In this document: piece after piece, positions 1 to 12,430 of the stretch
Numbering within the stretch: the first letter of the stretch is position 1
How the letters are laid out: the number at the start of each line of letters is the position of its first letter
NCBI RefSeq assembly: GCF_009914755.1
Contig: NC_060932.1
Reading direction: 5' to 3' (one strand)
DNA length: 64,000 nt
Origin: the human T2T-CHM13v2.0 reference genome, Homo sapiens
The notes under the pieces: generated by a model
Told to the model about the DNA's origin: nothing
Database searches by the model: none
What the model saw: only the letters and a program-made list of their open reading frames with translations
Made by a program: the position numbers and the translations under genes

Positions 1-679
1 ATTCTCTTGAGAGAGAATCTTCTCCTGCAATCCTGTGTGGTCTCCATTGAAAGAATGTCCCTCAGTGCCGCCTTGTGCTTACTTTTCCAAGTGCCTCTAG
101 GGCTCCTGAACAAAGGATCTGAGACCATGCAAGTCACCATCGTAATGTTTCTATTTCTCAGAAGAGACTTTTGGAACTACCAAAGTCTAGGCATCTGGCC
201 TGGTTTGCAGCCCTTTTTGGTCCCAGCTGCTTTGGGGTTTTGGTTCTCATGTGTCTCTTTGCCCCATGTGGTTCCTGGTTGGGCACACCACGTCAAGGCC
301 TTGGAGGGATGGGCAACACAGCAGAGCTCTCAGCTCTTCATGGCACAACTCCTAGCTTGGTGCAGAAATGGAGGCTGTGAGAGAAAGAAGTGTCAAGGCA
401 ATTCTGATCCAATGAGGTATTCTGGGGCCTAAAGTTGAAATGAGGAATGGAAATCTACAAAGCAAAAGGACATTCAAGGTGCCACCTTGCATGGGCCTTA
501 AACCTCAGACTACATGTGCATCTTTAACAGCAGCCTGAGCTAGCCATGGGGGCTGTCACTCCGGGCGTAGAAGTAGGAAATAATGTTGGGAAAGTAGAAA
601 ATGATCCAAAGTTTCATTTCTTTAACTGCCTGTGGCCATCCCACAATGTGGATGTATTCACATGGTCATCCTCTTACTG

Positions 680-935
680 GGGCAATTTTCTTCTGACTGC
701 CCACCAGGTGCAAGGTACTGTGCCATACTGTGGTCAAGGTGAGTGAGGCGGGGCTCCTGCTCTCAAGTGTGGAGGCAAAGCTACAAACACTTCAGTCTAA
801 TGTAATAAAATCCATAGTGAGAGGACTAGAGGGCACGGAGGAGGGGGCTCAGCTTTGTAAGTAAGGACTTCTTGAGGACGTGGCACTTGGGCTAGGTTTT
901 AAGAGACAAGCAGGATTCTGACAGGTGAATGAACA
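680..935 (-). mobile_element. L2 LINE relic (antisense)
   Basis: Degenerate match to remembered L2 antisense sequence (caaggtactgtgc...ctcctgctctcaag...ggacttcttgaggacgtggcacttgggct); boundaries approximate. Confidence 0.5.
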
Positions 936-944
936 GGTCATGGA

Positions 945-1220
945 GCCCTTAGCTCACCCTGATCTCAGCTGGGATGTCCCCACCTTGGGGAGGCCTTCCC
1001 CGACAAGCTCGTTTAAAGGAGCTCTCCCATCATTCTCTTTAATCCACTTTGTCATACTTCTATCTGACATTCCTTGTTTGTCTACTTCTGTCTTCCCCCT
1101 AAGATGGCAAGGCCCATGAGAGCAGAAACTTTTTTTTTTGTCCTAGTCATAGTAGCACACCCAGAACAGAGAAAAATATTTAGCACATCAGAATGTAGCT
1201 CTGTTGTGTGAGTGGAATGG
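945..1220 (+). mobile_element. L2 LINE 3' end relic
   Basis: tctcagct..gatgtccccaccttggggaggccttccc...tcttcccctaagatggcaaggcccatgagagcag motifs typical of the L2 3' end. Confidence 0.6.
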
Positions 1221-1954
1221 CACACCTGGATTCCCAAGGCAGGAGGACAGAGGACACTCCCTCTCTGGACTCTGGCTCTATGGGTGACCAGGCACACAGG
1301 AGCTGTACCGCGGCCACCTGTGCAGCCACAGGCCCCGGGCACACCATGTGCCATCCATGTACCCTGTCCTCTGGCCCTTCACTGGTGGCTATGCCAGCCA
1401 AGACTCTTTTTATTTTCTTTTTTGTAGAAGGGAGCGAAATCATCTTTTTCTCTTAAACATTATACATAATATCTACAGAATTTACTTATATTTGCCATGA
1501 ATTACTTAAAAGGCGAAGCAGTTTGTGTCACTCAGTCTGGTTTGCTTCATGAGAAAAATCTTTATGTTAATCAGATCACGTCCTTTTGCTTTGTGTTATT
1601 GTGCAGATGAGGAACCCATCTTAAAGTTTAAAAATTATAAAAGAAAGAAAAGAGAAAAATCATTTCAAATCCAAAACAACAGCCTATACCTTCAGCTTCT
1701 TCTTCTGGTTGGTGTGAGTTCATCAGATAACTCTAAGGATTAATGTGGTGCTAGCATCATAATGTCTTTGAAAATCAATGTGCGCTGAACACTTTTAAGG
1801 CTTCCTTACCCCAATAGGAGCAACTAACTGGGTGCAGGGTCAGCAGATTTAGTCCAAGGTCCACACAGACATTTCCACACATGCTTTCACTGAAGAGGCC
1901 ACAGAGTTCTTGCCCACATAAAGTATGTGCATTCACTAATAAATGCAAACACTA

Positions 1955-2125
1955 ATTAGCCAGGTGCAGTGGAGTATGCGCCTGTAATCCCAGTTACAGG
2001 AGGCCAAGGCAGGAGGATCACTTGAGCCCAGAAGTTGGAGGCTACAGTGAGTTGTGATCATGCCACTGCACTCCAGCGACAGAGCAGAGGCCCTGTCTTT
2101 AAATAATAATAATAATAATAATAAA
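1955..2125 (+). mobile_element. Alu monomer (FRAM/AluJ right-arm-like) with (AAT)n tail
   Basis: ttagccaggtgcagtgg...cctgtaatcccag...gatcacttgagcccag...ccactgcactccagc; degenerate TSD aataaatgcaaacac / aataaatacaagcac. Confidence 0.9.
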
Positions 2126-4046
2126 TACAAGCACATAGCCTTTACTTTCTTATTAAGAAAGCAGGGATATAGCCTTACTCTTTTGTTCTCTGTGTGTATT
2201 CTTCTAGAACTGCTAAATTTGTAGAGAGGAAAGTGGTTCCCTCTTACACCACCCCCCCGGACTTCTTCCCAGTACAGTGAGAGGCGCAGCTGTAGCACCC
2301 CATCTAGCCAGTCGCAGGCCAGGCTGTGCTTTGGGCAGTGTTCACAGCCAGCAGGCCCACGGAGGGGGCAGCACCTGAAGAACGCCTTTCAAAGAAAGAC
2401 ATTTCCGCTGTCTTCAGAAGGGAGCGTCCTTTTGTTCTCTTTCCAGAGGGTCACATGGTCAGGCAGCCTCCTCCAGAGCAGGAGAAATTCCTCAGGAGTT
2501 CCCTGGAATTGTGCTTCTGTTCTATATCAGGCCACAAGTGGCTGGCCGCACTGTTTACAAGATACCCTGTGGCTTCCAAGAGTGACCTGGTTTCAGAGAG
2601 CTGGTCCCAGGTGGAACATGAAAGCTGTCCAGGCTCCCAAGACAGCAAAAGGCATTTGTCTGAGAGGCAGGCTGCTTGATGGAGAGAGTGCAAACGCCTG
2701 TGAGAGGGGCAGGCCTAATGCAGTGCTCTGGTTCATTAAGGAATGTATTAATTTGTGCTGGCAAATCAGTGCCATTAATTTCTCTGCCTGATCAAAACCC
2801 TTCCAGATCATTTGGTAGGTAAAGAGCCTGAGATCCCAGGAAGGAGAAAAGCAACACTACAAATGTCCTCTGCTTCTAGGGAACAATAAATATCAACACA
2901 TTTCTGTTTTCTTTCCTATCTTTTCTTTTCTTTTTCTGAGATCATCCATGGGAAAACACATTTTAAGCCATTTTGGCAAGACAGCAGTTGGAGATTTTCA
3001 AGTTGTTGTTTGGGGAAAAAAGACACCAGTTGAGCAGGATTTAAAAGTTCTGTTAATGGAGGAGAGCAGAAGTTGTTTTTCTTAATTAAAAAGTATGAAG
3101 ACAGATTGGATAGCAATTTTCCCTCTTCATCTCCTCCCCACCCATTGAACAACCCAATTAATTTTTCAAAACAAATTTTATAAATACATGTAAAAAAGCT
3201 TTACTGTATAAACTGCTTAAAAATGTGCCTTTCCACCTGTCCTGGTGGTAGACGTCTCAGAACTGTCTTTGTATTTGTTTATAAATAATAGGACAATGTG
3301 AGCTGTGTAATCTGCTTGGAGATTAAAATAATTTACCCTCTCCAACTCCATGGGCCCTGTGAAAGATGTACAAACTAAACTCCATGGGAGAACAACACTG
3401 CAATATAAATGCAAGGAATGGAACGTGAGAGAGATAGAGATGAAAGGAAAACGAAACAGGAAATCCTAGTGGCGAAGCTCCATTCTCAAGTCCCATTAAA
3501 GGAAGAGGTCAGAGTTAAAGAGAGTGCTGAGCCCACTCATTCGCATATTTATTTTGGCCAGACGTCTGCCTTCTAACCTAGAAAACTGCAGTTTTGGAGC
3601 TGGAGGCTCCCACGTCGGATGGGGACCAACTTGTAACATGCAAGTCCTGTGAAAACTTGTTAGTAGCTCATGAAACAGCTTCTTCCACATTAAATATTTT
3701 CACTTCATGGTTTTTGAAAATGAAGGATGTTTTAATAGAATTCTAGGCCTGAGATAGAACTTATAGTTGCTCAATCAAGAAGAAAGGGCTGGCTGTGAGT
3801 ACACCATCTCCTCTGTGGCACTTTTAAAAATATTGCTTCTTTCTCCCAAAGGGAGATTGATGCATAACTCCCAGGACTTAGCTTAGCTGTCTTGGTTTAC
3901 TGGGATTTTAAAGTATGCAGAAGTACCATTTTGAACCAGAAGAATAAAAACCAGTATTGTGCTTTGGAAAAGGTTTTATGTGCTGCTCAGCCTGTCTCAA
4001 CTGCTATCTCAAGTTTCCTTCCTGAAATGCAGGGGAGCAAGCATTC

Positions 4047-4289
4047 GTTTTTTTGTTTTGTTTTGTTTTTTTTTTTTTTTGAGACGAGTCTCGCTCTGTC
4101 CTCCAGGCTGGAGAGCAAGAGCGATCTCGGCTCACTGCAACCTCCGCCTCCTGGGTTCAAGCGATTCTCCTGCCTCAGCCTCCTGAGTAGCTGGGATTAC
4201 AGGCGCCCGGCCACTACACCCGGCTAATTTTTGTATTTTTAGTAGAGAGGGGGTTTCACTGTGTTAGTCAGGCTGGTATCGAACTCCTG
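4047..4289 (-). mobile_element. 5'-truncated AluS
   Basis: Poly-T, then gagacgagtctcgctctg...gaactcctg; flanked by TSD caagcattc (4038-4046 and 4291-4299). Confidence 0.95.
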
Positions 4290-5264
4290 CCAAGCATTCT
4301 CATGATCGGTGTGGTGGTGAGTTAGAAAGACTAAAGCACTTTAGCTGAAGTCACTTCGTGTTTTTGCAAGCTGAGGGAAAGCCATGATTCAACCAGCTTT
4401 GACTTGTTCCTCACACAGATGATAAGCATTCAACAAGGTTTGTCTACAAATGTAATTCTTTAGCATTTTTCTCTTAGTTTTTGATGTCTGTGTTTTTGTT
4501 GCCGCACAATATAAAGATCAGCGGACAAAGTTTGTTTTCAAAAAGTATTGGTGACAAGAAGCCTGATTTTGACTGCATGATGCTCTCTGTACCTAATCCT
4601 CTTAAATGAAACAGCTTTCTCTGCATTTCATGATACAGGACAGTGACTCGCTTTGTGCCCTAGGTGAGCTCAGGCTGCCACCAAAGAATGCATGACGTCT
4701 CATATGAAGCTTGCATGAGCACACAGATGTTTTCACACCCCAGATGGTAGCCGGTGTTTCAGGAAGCTGTCCTTTTGACACCGCATCACCAGGAAAACCC
4801 TAGGAGGTTAACGATATCATAGAGGCAACTTTGGGAGTAGCTCTGCAATTTCAAGGGCACCAGGCCATTGTACCAATGCTCAGGTGTGGGGACCGGGCTT
4901 CAGGGCAGCTCTGTTGATAGTGTACTTGGCTGTCCTGCGTACGTCATTTTGCCTGCTTTAGAGTTGATCTTCTCACCTATAAAACAAGGAGCTTGGGCTA
5001 GAAAATCACAGGGCATGATGCCAAAGTCCCTCCCGTCTCAAAGAAGTCATTACTACAATGGGGCGGGCCAGGCAGGTGAGGCTTTGAGGAAAAGCTCAGG
5101 TCCCAGCAAGGGCAGGAGTCTCAGTAGGAACCCCGGCCGCCTTGTCTTGCAGGGTCTGCTGGGAGGTGGGCAAAACGGCTGGCCACAGGGGGGCGAGCCT
5201 GGGAAGCCTGGGATCACCTGAGATGCTGTAGAATCGGATCTAATGGGGGAGGGGCTGACAGGAA

Positions 5265-5475
5265 GCAGGATGGCAGTTTAGAAAGAGCTTGGGCTGTGGA
5301 GTGTGGTACGGGAAAACCCCAACTTTAAATCCGATTTCTGTCACAGTGAATCAATCTCCCAGTGATTGTGTTTAGAAATGAGGATAACAATGTCCATCCA
5401 GCAAGATTGCTCTGCAAATGGAGTTGGATATGGGAAAGCTCTTAGTGTATAACAAGTGTTTGGCAGATGTTTGTC
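5265..5475 (+). mobile_element. MIR SINE relic
   Basis: agaaagagcttgggctgtggag...aaatgaggataacaat...aaagctcttag resembles the MIR core. Confidence 0.55.
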
Positions 5476-6279
5476 CCTCCCAGGGCTTGGGGATTTGGTC
5501 TGTGGCATGCACATAGTGAGGCTCTTAGGGCTTCAGGGACTGCCGTCCAGTGAGCTGGACTAGCATGGTCCCTGGTGACCCTTCCTTCCAGTTTGGACTT
5601 CCTGGTTGGGTCCCATAAGGGCACCGTGCATTCCTGAGACACACCTGGAAGCTTTGCTGGAGAGAGTGTATGTTTGTTTGGTTTGCTTTCAATGGCAACA
5701 TCACTGAACTTAGAGGCAATGGGGCAGCTAACGTCAATGGTGCAGCTCTGACCTTCCTTGGAAAGCTAAGGGCAGACCAAGGGTGAAGGGAGAGGGTGAG
5801 GCAGGCACAGTGTGTTTCTGTGTTCCTTCAGCTTTCCTTTTTGATGCTTAGAAATGTCAAGAGAAGGCTTCTCCTTTAATCTCATATCTCCTTTAAGTCT
5901 CATAATCTTGAGACTTAAATGTCAGGGGCAGACTTTGGTTCTCTTACCTTGTGTTGGATAACATCTCTGGTGCAGACACACCCTGGAAGCATGCCTCCCT
6001 TTTAAATGTGGCACATGCAGTTTGCTTCAAGATGGTCTGAGTAATGTCCTTTACAATTTATAGAGAGGTCGTAGATGCCATCACACCGCATAAAGATTGC
6101 ATCTCAGCTGCAGGGAGGGTTCACAGTGACCAGGGTTTGCCCTGGTGCAGCCTCCTTCCTCAGGTTGTTGGCCCATTCCCAGGGCGTCATCACACTGGCA
6201 TGAAAATCTCCCATCCACAAGAAGAGCAGAGGCTGGCTGCCCCCCATCCCATTCCACCTTGGATGGAAAGACTGACACC

Positions 6280-6750
6280 TGTATTTAATTTTGCAGCCCT
6301 AGCATTCAGCACAGGGCCTGGTACACAGTTGATGTTTACAAAACATTAGCAGAACCAAAGGCTGGAGCGTGCCCCACGGAGCTGCAAGACTCCACCTCAG
6401 CACTGTGCCCCTTCCACATTATTCAGGTCTCAGCCCAAAGGGCACACACCCCACCTCTGCCATGTCGAGGACTCCATCATAATTTCCTATTGATGTCCTT
6501 CTCAGGACGCATCCTACCCTCATATGATCTGCTCATGAAAGAGTTCACTTGTCTACTATCTCCCCCTTCCCACTAGAATGCAAGTTGTGGCCTGTAGTGT
6601 AAGAGACATTTTCCATCTTGTTAGTTGCTTTTCCCCAGTGCTTAGAACAGTACCTCATCCAAAGTATGCACTCAATGACTATTTCCCCAGTGCTTAGAAC
6701 AGTACCTCATCCAAAGTATGCACTCAATGACTATTTCCTGAATTTGTTGG
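6280..6750 (+). mobile_element. L2 3' end relics
   Basis: agcacagggcctggtacacagttg; ttcaggtctcagc; cccactagaatgcaag; ccccagtgcttagaacagtacct. Confidence 0.65.
6630..6738. repeat. Perfect 52-bp tandem duplication
   Basis: tttccccagtgcttagaacagtacctcatccaaagtatgcactcaatgacta at 6630 and 6682, followed by tttcc. Confidence 0.97.
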
Positions 6751-8294
6751 GTGGTTTATGATGATCATTGAATAAATAAGTATAACATACAGCAATATGC
6801 TCATTTTCTAGGAGTCAGAAATTTGGCAACTTGAACTTTCTGGAAAAGTCTTCAAAGTTGGAAGTCTCAAGAAGAAAACTCCTACACACAAAAGAAGTCT
6901 TAAGCCAGGTTACCTTGTTTTCAAGCCCACACTGCGTTAGAAGGAGTGAACATGAATAGTGTTGAGGGTAGATCCAGATGCAACAGCTTTCTGACAGAGT
7001 GCGGTTCAGAAAACTCAGAAGTAGCTAGGGTTCTGTGAACATGGACGCCAGGCTGGAGCTCCTGCTGCAATGGGGGCCCCCAGAATTGGTTGGGAACCCT
7101 GCCATGCTGAAGGAGGGGCCACAGGTAGCTCGTCTGTGCATATGGGTAAGGCCTGCAGAAGTACACACTGTTTCTGGACAGGTGCAGGCACTTAGAAGGG
7201 CAAGCTTCATTCATCCGGTGCTCATTTAGCTGTTTCTTCATTGTTCGGTGGGTGTTTATTTTGTCAGGAAAAGTAAAAAAATGATGTTGCTTCCAAAGTC
7301 CCACATGAATCTATTTTTCTTTTTATGTTGCAGTTTTTGCAATACACATACTTTGAAGAAATTGCTGGAGATAGATCCTTTAGATGACTTCTTGTCTAAA
7401 GACAATGACATTAGAAACACAGCTGTCTTACCAAAAAAGACCTACACACTCCCGTCCTGTAAACAAGGCTCTGTGTGCCTGGCACAGGCATGGCTGCTCT
7501 TATTTTTAACTGCTTTTGTGTGAGAATACAAAGAGAAATATTACGTAAAGAGCAGGATGTTTTGGACATCCACTGCTACTGCATTACCTAATCCCATGAC
7601 TGCAGATTTCAAGAGATTCATCTGCAGGTGTTGAGAGCCTCAGAAATGTGTACCACAGGCATTGGTATATAAGAGCAAAGTTGAAAACTCCACAAGTGAT
7701 ATTGGAGATGTCAGAGGTAATTGTGTGTCTTCTTGGACTGGAATGATGACACCAACTCAATACAGAAGATTCCATTTATGGAAATTGGGTTCTAATTGTG
7801 TCACCTGGGGGAGTTAGCTCACTTTTTTGAGGGGGTTGGTTTCCACGTCTGTGAATTGGGAAAAGCGATGCGCCCTGTGACTCACGTATTACAGTCACAT
7901 GAGATGTCAGGTAGAAGGACTGTGGAACTCTGGGTGCCGCCCATATGAGGTTATTCATATTTGGAGCTTTGAACTTTTTCTCAGAGCATGCTCTTCCCTC
8001 TGACTCAGTGGTCACAACAACCAATGAGGTGCCCATGTTTCACCAATGAGGACTCACTTCCAAGGTCAACTTAGTGGGAAGCTGAATGTGGAACTGCCCT
8101 CTCTCAGCTCCTGTTTGAATCCTTCTTCTGTTACTCAAAACAACAGGGGCTATAGGTTAAGATTAAAGTGCAGCTCCATAACTGTTCCTTCGAAGACTAG
8201 AAGCAGCCAAGGTGGCTCATTGTCTTAATGACTACTCCAGAGGACAATGTGAGCATCGCTCATTTACTCCAGCCAGGAGGCACAGTGAAGAGGG

Positions 8295-8610
8295 GAGCAT
8301 CATGGTGGAGAAACAGGCAGCCTGTGCTGAAACCTTAGCTTCCTCCGTCTGTGTGACCCCGGGCAGTTATATAACCAGTCTGTGACTCAGTTTCCTCATT
8401 TGTACTCATAGGGCTCTAGGGAGATTTAAGTTAGATGACATATGCAAGCCACCCAGACCATGCTTGGCACATAGCAAATAAAACACTGCTAATTGTTCTG
8501 TTAGTATTAAAGCTCAGCTTACGGGTTAGGAAACTGAGGCTCAGGAAGTAAAATGACTTGCTCAAGATTCAGTCTAATGCAGCTAGTCTACAGGTTTCTC
8601 TCTTAAACAC
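8295..8610. mobile_element. Two MIR relics (sense then antisense)
   Basis: tgtgtgaccccgggcagttat...ctcagtttcctcatttgta; then ggaaactgaggctcagg...aatgacttgctcaag. Confidence 0.7.
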
Positions 8611-9252
8611 GATACTGGTTTAAACCTCACAACCAACGCTGTAACGCAGGAGGAAACCTCAGAAAGCCTGCTGTTCTCTGCTGAGGACAGAGTTTTGTCC
8701 TCTTTTGAGGTAGGACTACCCCTTTAGGCTTCTCCAAGATGAAGGCCAGTGAAATGCTGGGATCATATGAGCAAAACCCCGAGGATTGCCATTTGCAGGA
8801 GCTATCATTTATTCTGACATCCATTCTGAAGTCTTCACATCTTACTCAAGGAAATCAGATACAGACCACAAATGAATAGTGCTACTGCATAACAGGGCAA
8901 AGACTTTCCTTTTTTCCTTTCTAAAACTCACCAAGATAAAATATTTTTCTTGAAATCATATGCCTGTAATTCTCGCTAACTACTTGGCAGAAAGTGACCG
9001 TGGTCTGAGGGTGACATTGATTTTTATTTCAACCGATTTTTGTAGGGGTTTGGGCCATCACTCTTGCTTTGCGCAGTCTACGCTGACTTCTAGTTCTGGT
9101 GAACCGACTCGATTGCAGGCTCTTCTGCCAAGCTGTTGTGGCAGCTCCATGTTGGCTCCTGCCTTGGTAGCTATGAAGTCAGAGAACACTGCGGGACAGT
9201 TGTATTGACACACTCTTTTGGGAGGGGAAGGAGGGGGGCTCATGTGTTAAAT

Positions 9253-9472
9253 TGGGGTTCTCAACCTTGGCACTGCTGACATTTGGGACCAGATCCTTCT
9301 GAGTTGTGGGGTAAGGGCTACCTGTTTACCGTAGGATGTTGAGTAGCATCCCTGGCCTTTACTCACTGGATGCCAGTAGCACCCACACCCCACAGTTGTG
9401 ACAACCAAAAACATCTCCAGACATTGCTAAATGTCTCCTGGGGGGAAGATCACTCACAACTGAGTACCACTG
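9253..9472 (-). mobile_element. MER20 (hAT-Charlie non-autonomous DNA transposon), full length
   Basis: Reverse complement of the MER20 consensus (ttctcaaccttggcactgctgacattt...cagttgtgacaaccaaaaacatctccagacattgc...accactg); 8-bp hAT-type TSD tgttaaat / tgttaaaa. Confidence 0.93.
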
Positions 9473-10096
9473 TGTTAAAAGCCTGGAGTCTTAGGCTTTT
9501 CCAGGGTGATCAGAGACATGGAGGATTTTAGGGTCCCAGGCTAGGTAGACATGGAATAGGTTGGGAGGCATTCCTTGATAGGGTTATTTGCATATTAAAA
9601 CACATTCTGATTACCTGTGTTGGCTATGTTAGCAGCATAGTTCTTCAATGTGTGGCATAGCTGTCCTTATAGAAAAACAAAATGGTTAATTCAGGTTTGG
9701 TTTTTGAATGATCTTGTACACCTGGAGGTATGTTGGGCTATGTTTCTCACTATTTACAAAAACCTGTTATGTGTAAATACATCTGATGCTTACCCATATC
9801 ATCCCCAGTTCTGTAGAAACAAATTCAACAAAAGAGGAGAAGCCTGGAATAGTGGAATACTTTAATCGTCACACCAGTACTGTTGTGTGGTTTTCTTTTC
9901 TTCTGCCCTGGTTTCTCTAAGCTCACAATGTGTTTGCAGGGCTGGTCTAGGTCTTCCTTCTTGCCTTTACTGGGCAGAACTAAGATAATAGGAATAAAAA
10001 GGGGAAGCAGAACAAAAGGATGGGCAGGTTCTCCCAGGTAGAATCGACAGTCCAGTCCAGTGCTCCTGCCACTTCTCTTGGACCTGCTGCTCCCAC

Positions 10097-10228
10097 TGTG
10101 TGTGTGTGTGTGTGTGTGTGTTTCTGTGAATGAGTGTATGTGCACATGTATGTCTGCATGTGTGTGTGCACATATGTCTGTGTGTGCTTGTATGTGTCTG
10201 CATGCGTGTGCATGCATGTGTCTGTGTG
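10097..10228. repeat. (TG)n microsatellite grading into a degenerate purine-pyrimidine alternating tract
   Basis: (tg)12 followed by tgtgcacatgtatgtctgcatgtgtgtgtgcac... Confidence 0.95.
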
Positions 10229-11419
10229 GTTTGGACTTGGCGTGTTATCCCAGGCGGGCCTTGCCATCCAGAAAAGAAGAAGGCAGTTAGGAAATGCACT
10301 TAACTGCTGCAGGGAAGCTAGAGTTGCTTTGTGGAGCTTGTTTCAAATGGGTTTTGTTTTGAATCTACAAGTTCATTCAAATTCAATCACAGCAAAATTC
10401 ACAGATTGTGATGTCATGCGGATTGAAACCAAAAAAGGCTGTATAGAATGCTTTCTGCCAGATTTTACTCATGGCTTCAGGAAACTCCCCCACCCACCAG
10501 TCTTTTTTCTTTTTTCTTTTTTTCCTTTGCATTGTGAGCCAAGACTTAAGGGCTGTGCCTTACTAAGCCTCACTTCCATTTACAGAGTTTTCTTTTTTTA
10601 ACAGCCCTTGGGCCTACGGCCTTGACATCTGTGCTGCGATTTCTCTAAGCTCCTATCACTCTGCTTTGCTTCCGCATTAAAAAGAGAATAGATCCTTCTA
10701 ATTGTACAGACACCAACATTGTCTAGGGCAGGGGGAGGGTTGGGTAGAGAAGGAATTTATCAATCATGAACCTAGTCCACCTGTTTATTGTTATTAAGCT
10801 AACTGCATGGAGAAGACACCCTCAATCCACAAGGAAGGCCCCTCGGAGGTGACTGTTACTACTGGGCCTTCCTTCCCCATGACGTGACACTTGCATTCCT
10901 CTGGCCTCCTGGCAGATGGAAACCTCACTTATGTCATCCCTGTGTGGTGGCTTGGACTTTGGTAGTCCAGCACTGTTATGGGATGACTTAAGGAAGGGCT
11001 GTGCCCTGGGTCTGTTTAAGGGAAGGTGTGGGCCTCGGGCTCTTAGGATAAGGAAGGAGCAGGAGCTGGCATGACCTTTCATTCCTGTGTGTCGGCCATG
11101 CTGGGGCTGTGGCTGGGAGCACACCAGTATGGCCTTCCTGGACGCAGCCCTCTGTGGACAGTAACTGGACCCTTTTGGTCTAGATTGGATTAGAACTAGG
11201 ATTACATTCGATTCCTTGTGGTGAGTCTTTTTCTAGCTAGAGAAACCTAAACCCACCTTCTCCCAGTGTGATTCTTGAGTGATACCAACATGTAAGAATG
11301 TTAGTTCAAACTGTCAGGCACAGGGAGTGGAATCTCAGTGTTCCCACGAATGAATGGATAAATATAGAAGTGGCATAGGAGTCAAATTTACTTAATTTCT
11401 TGTCTCAGTCTAGACCACT

Positions 11420-11780
11420 GATGGGCTGAATTCCTATGAGTGGGGATGAGACCCTCAATCTCCCTGTGCCACTCGGGGGCTCTTCGCCTTGTGCCTTGCC
11501 TTGAGGTCAGTGGTGGTTCAAGGATGATCTCGACCTCTTGAGAGTCGTGAATTCCTTCTTCTTGCTGCTGTGACACTGTATTATCTCTTATCACAATGCT
11601 CACTGTTTTGTCTTGTATGTTTTCATCCATGTCCTCTCCCAACGCTTCCTTTCAGAATGCGAGCTTCTCCAGAGAAGCTGTGGCTTCCCGTGTCTCAGCA
11701 CCCAGTGCGCTTCCCAGCGCCCAGCACGCTGATTTGAAACTCTCTCAATAAGTGTGCCAATGAAGTTTTGTTGATAAATA
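11420..11780 (+). mobile_element. L2 relic
   Basis: ccttcagaatgcgagcttctccagag...cagcacccagtgcgcttcccagc...ctcaataagtgtgccaatgaa. Confidence 0.5.
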
Positions 11781-12121
11781 ATTAAGAAATAAATGAGAAT
11801 AGTCTCTCTGGTGCACGAGCCTTCCTATTCGCTCTCAGTGAATTCTTGGTTTGAAAATGCAGTGGTGTGGTAGACCAGAAACAAGGTCAGAACTCCAGTA
11901 CAGAATAGACAGGTGAGTACTTTAAAGTGCAAAAAAATTACAGTGGAATAATTATGATATTATTTAACCTGCATGAATCAGTTTCTTCCCCTCCTCCTTT
12001 CGCTCCTCCTTTTCTTCCTTTCTTCTTCTTTCATCTTATTACAGTTTTACAGCTTCTTCCTCTAAACAGATTGTATTCAATCTTTCAGGAACTCAGATTT
12101 ATTCAAAAAATAGTTAGTGGG

Positions 12122-12430
12122 GCTCTGTGCAGCGGCTCATGCCTGTAATCTCAGTACTTTGGGAGGCCAAGGCAAGGAGGATCGCTTGAGCCCGGGAGTT
12201 TGAGACCAGCCCTGGTAAGGTAGCAAGACCCCGCCTCTACCAAAAGTACAAAAATTAGCCAGACATGGTATTGCATTCCTGCGGTCCCAGCTACTCCGGA
12301 GGCTGAGGTGGAAGGATCACTTGAGCTCAGGAGGTCAAGGCTGTAATGAACCAAGATCGTACCACTGCTCTTCTGCCTGGGTGACAGAGCGAGACCCTGT
12401 CTCAAAAAAAAAAAAAAAAAAAAAAAAAAA
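12122..12430 (+). mobile_element. AluJ, full length
   Basis: ggctcatgcctgtaatc...ggaggatcgcttgagcccgggagtttgagaccagc...ggatcacttgagctcaggaggtcaaggctg; long pure A tail. Confidence 0.95.

Noticed and set aside
7-432. 141-aa ORF at the window start
   Set aside because: Non-ATG start in the track; no recognisable domain.
1607-1713. Possible coding exon (DEEPILKFKNYKRKKREK...)
   Set aside because: Weak donor (GGT|GTGAGT); the Lys-rich reading comes from an A-rich tract; peptide not recognised.
9825-10601. His/Thr- and Val/Cys-rich ORFs
   Set aside because: Translations of the TG/CA microsatellite.
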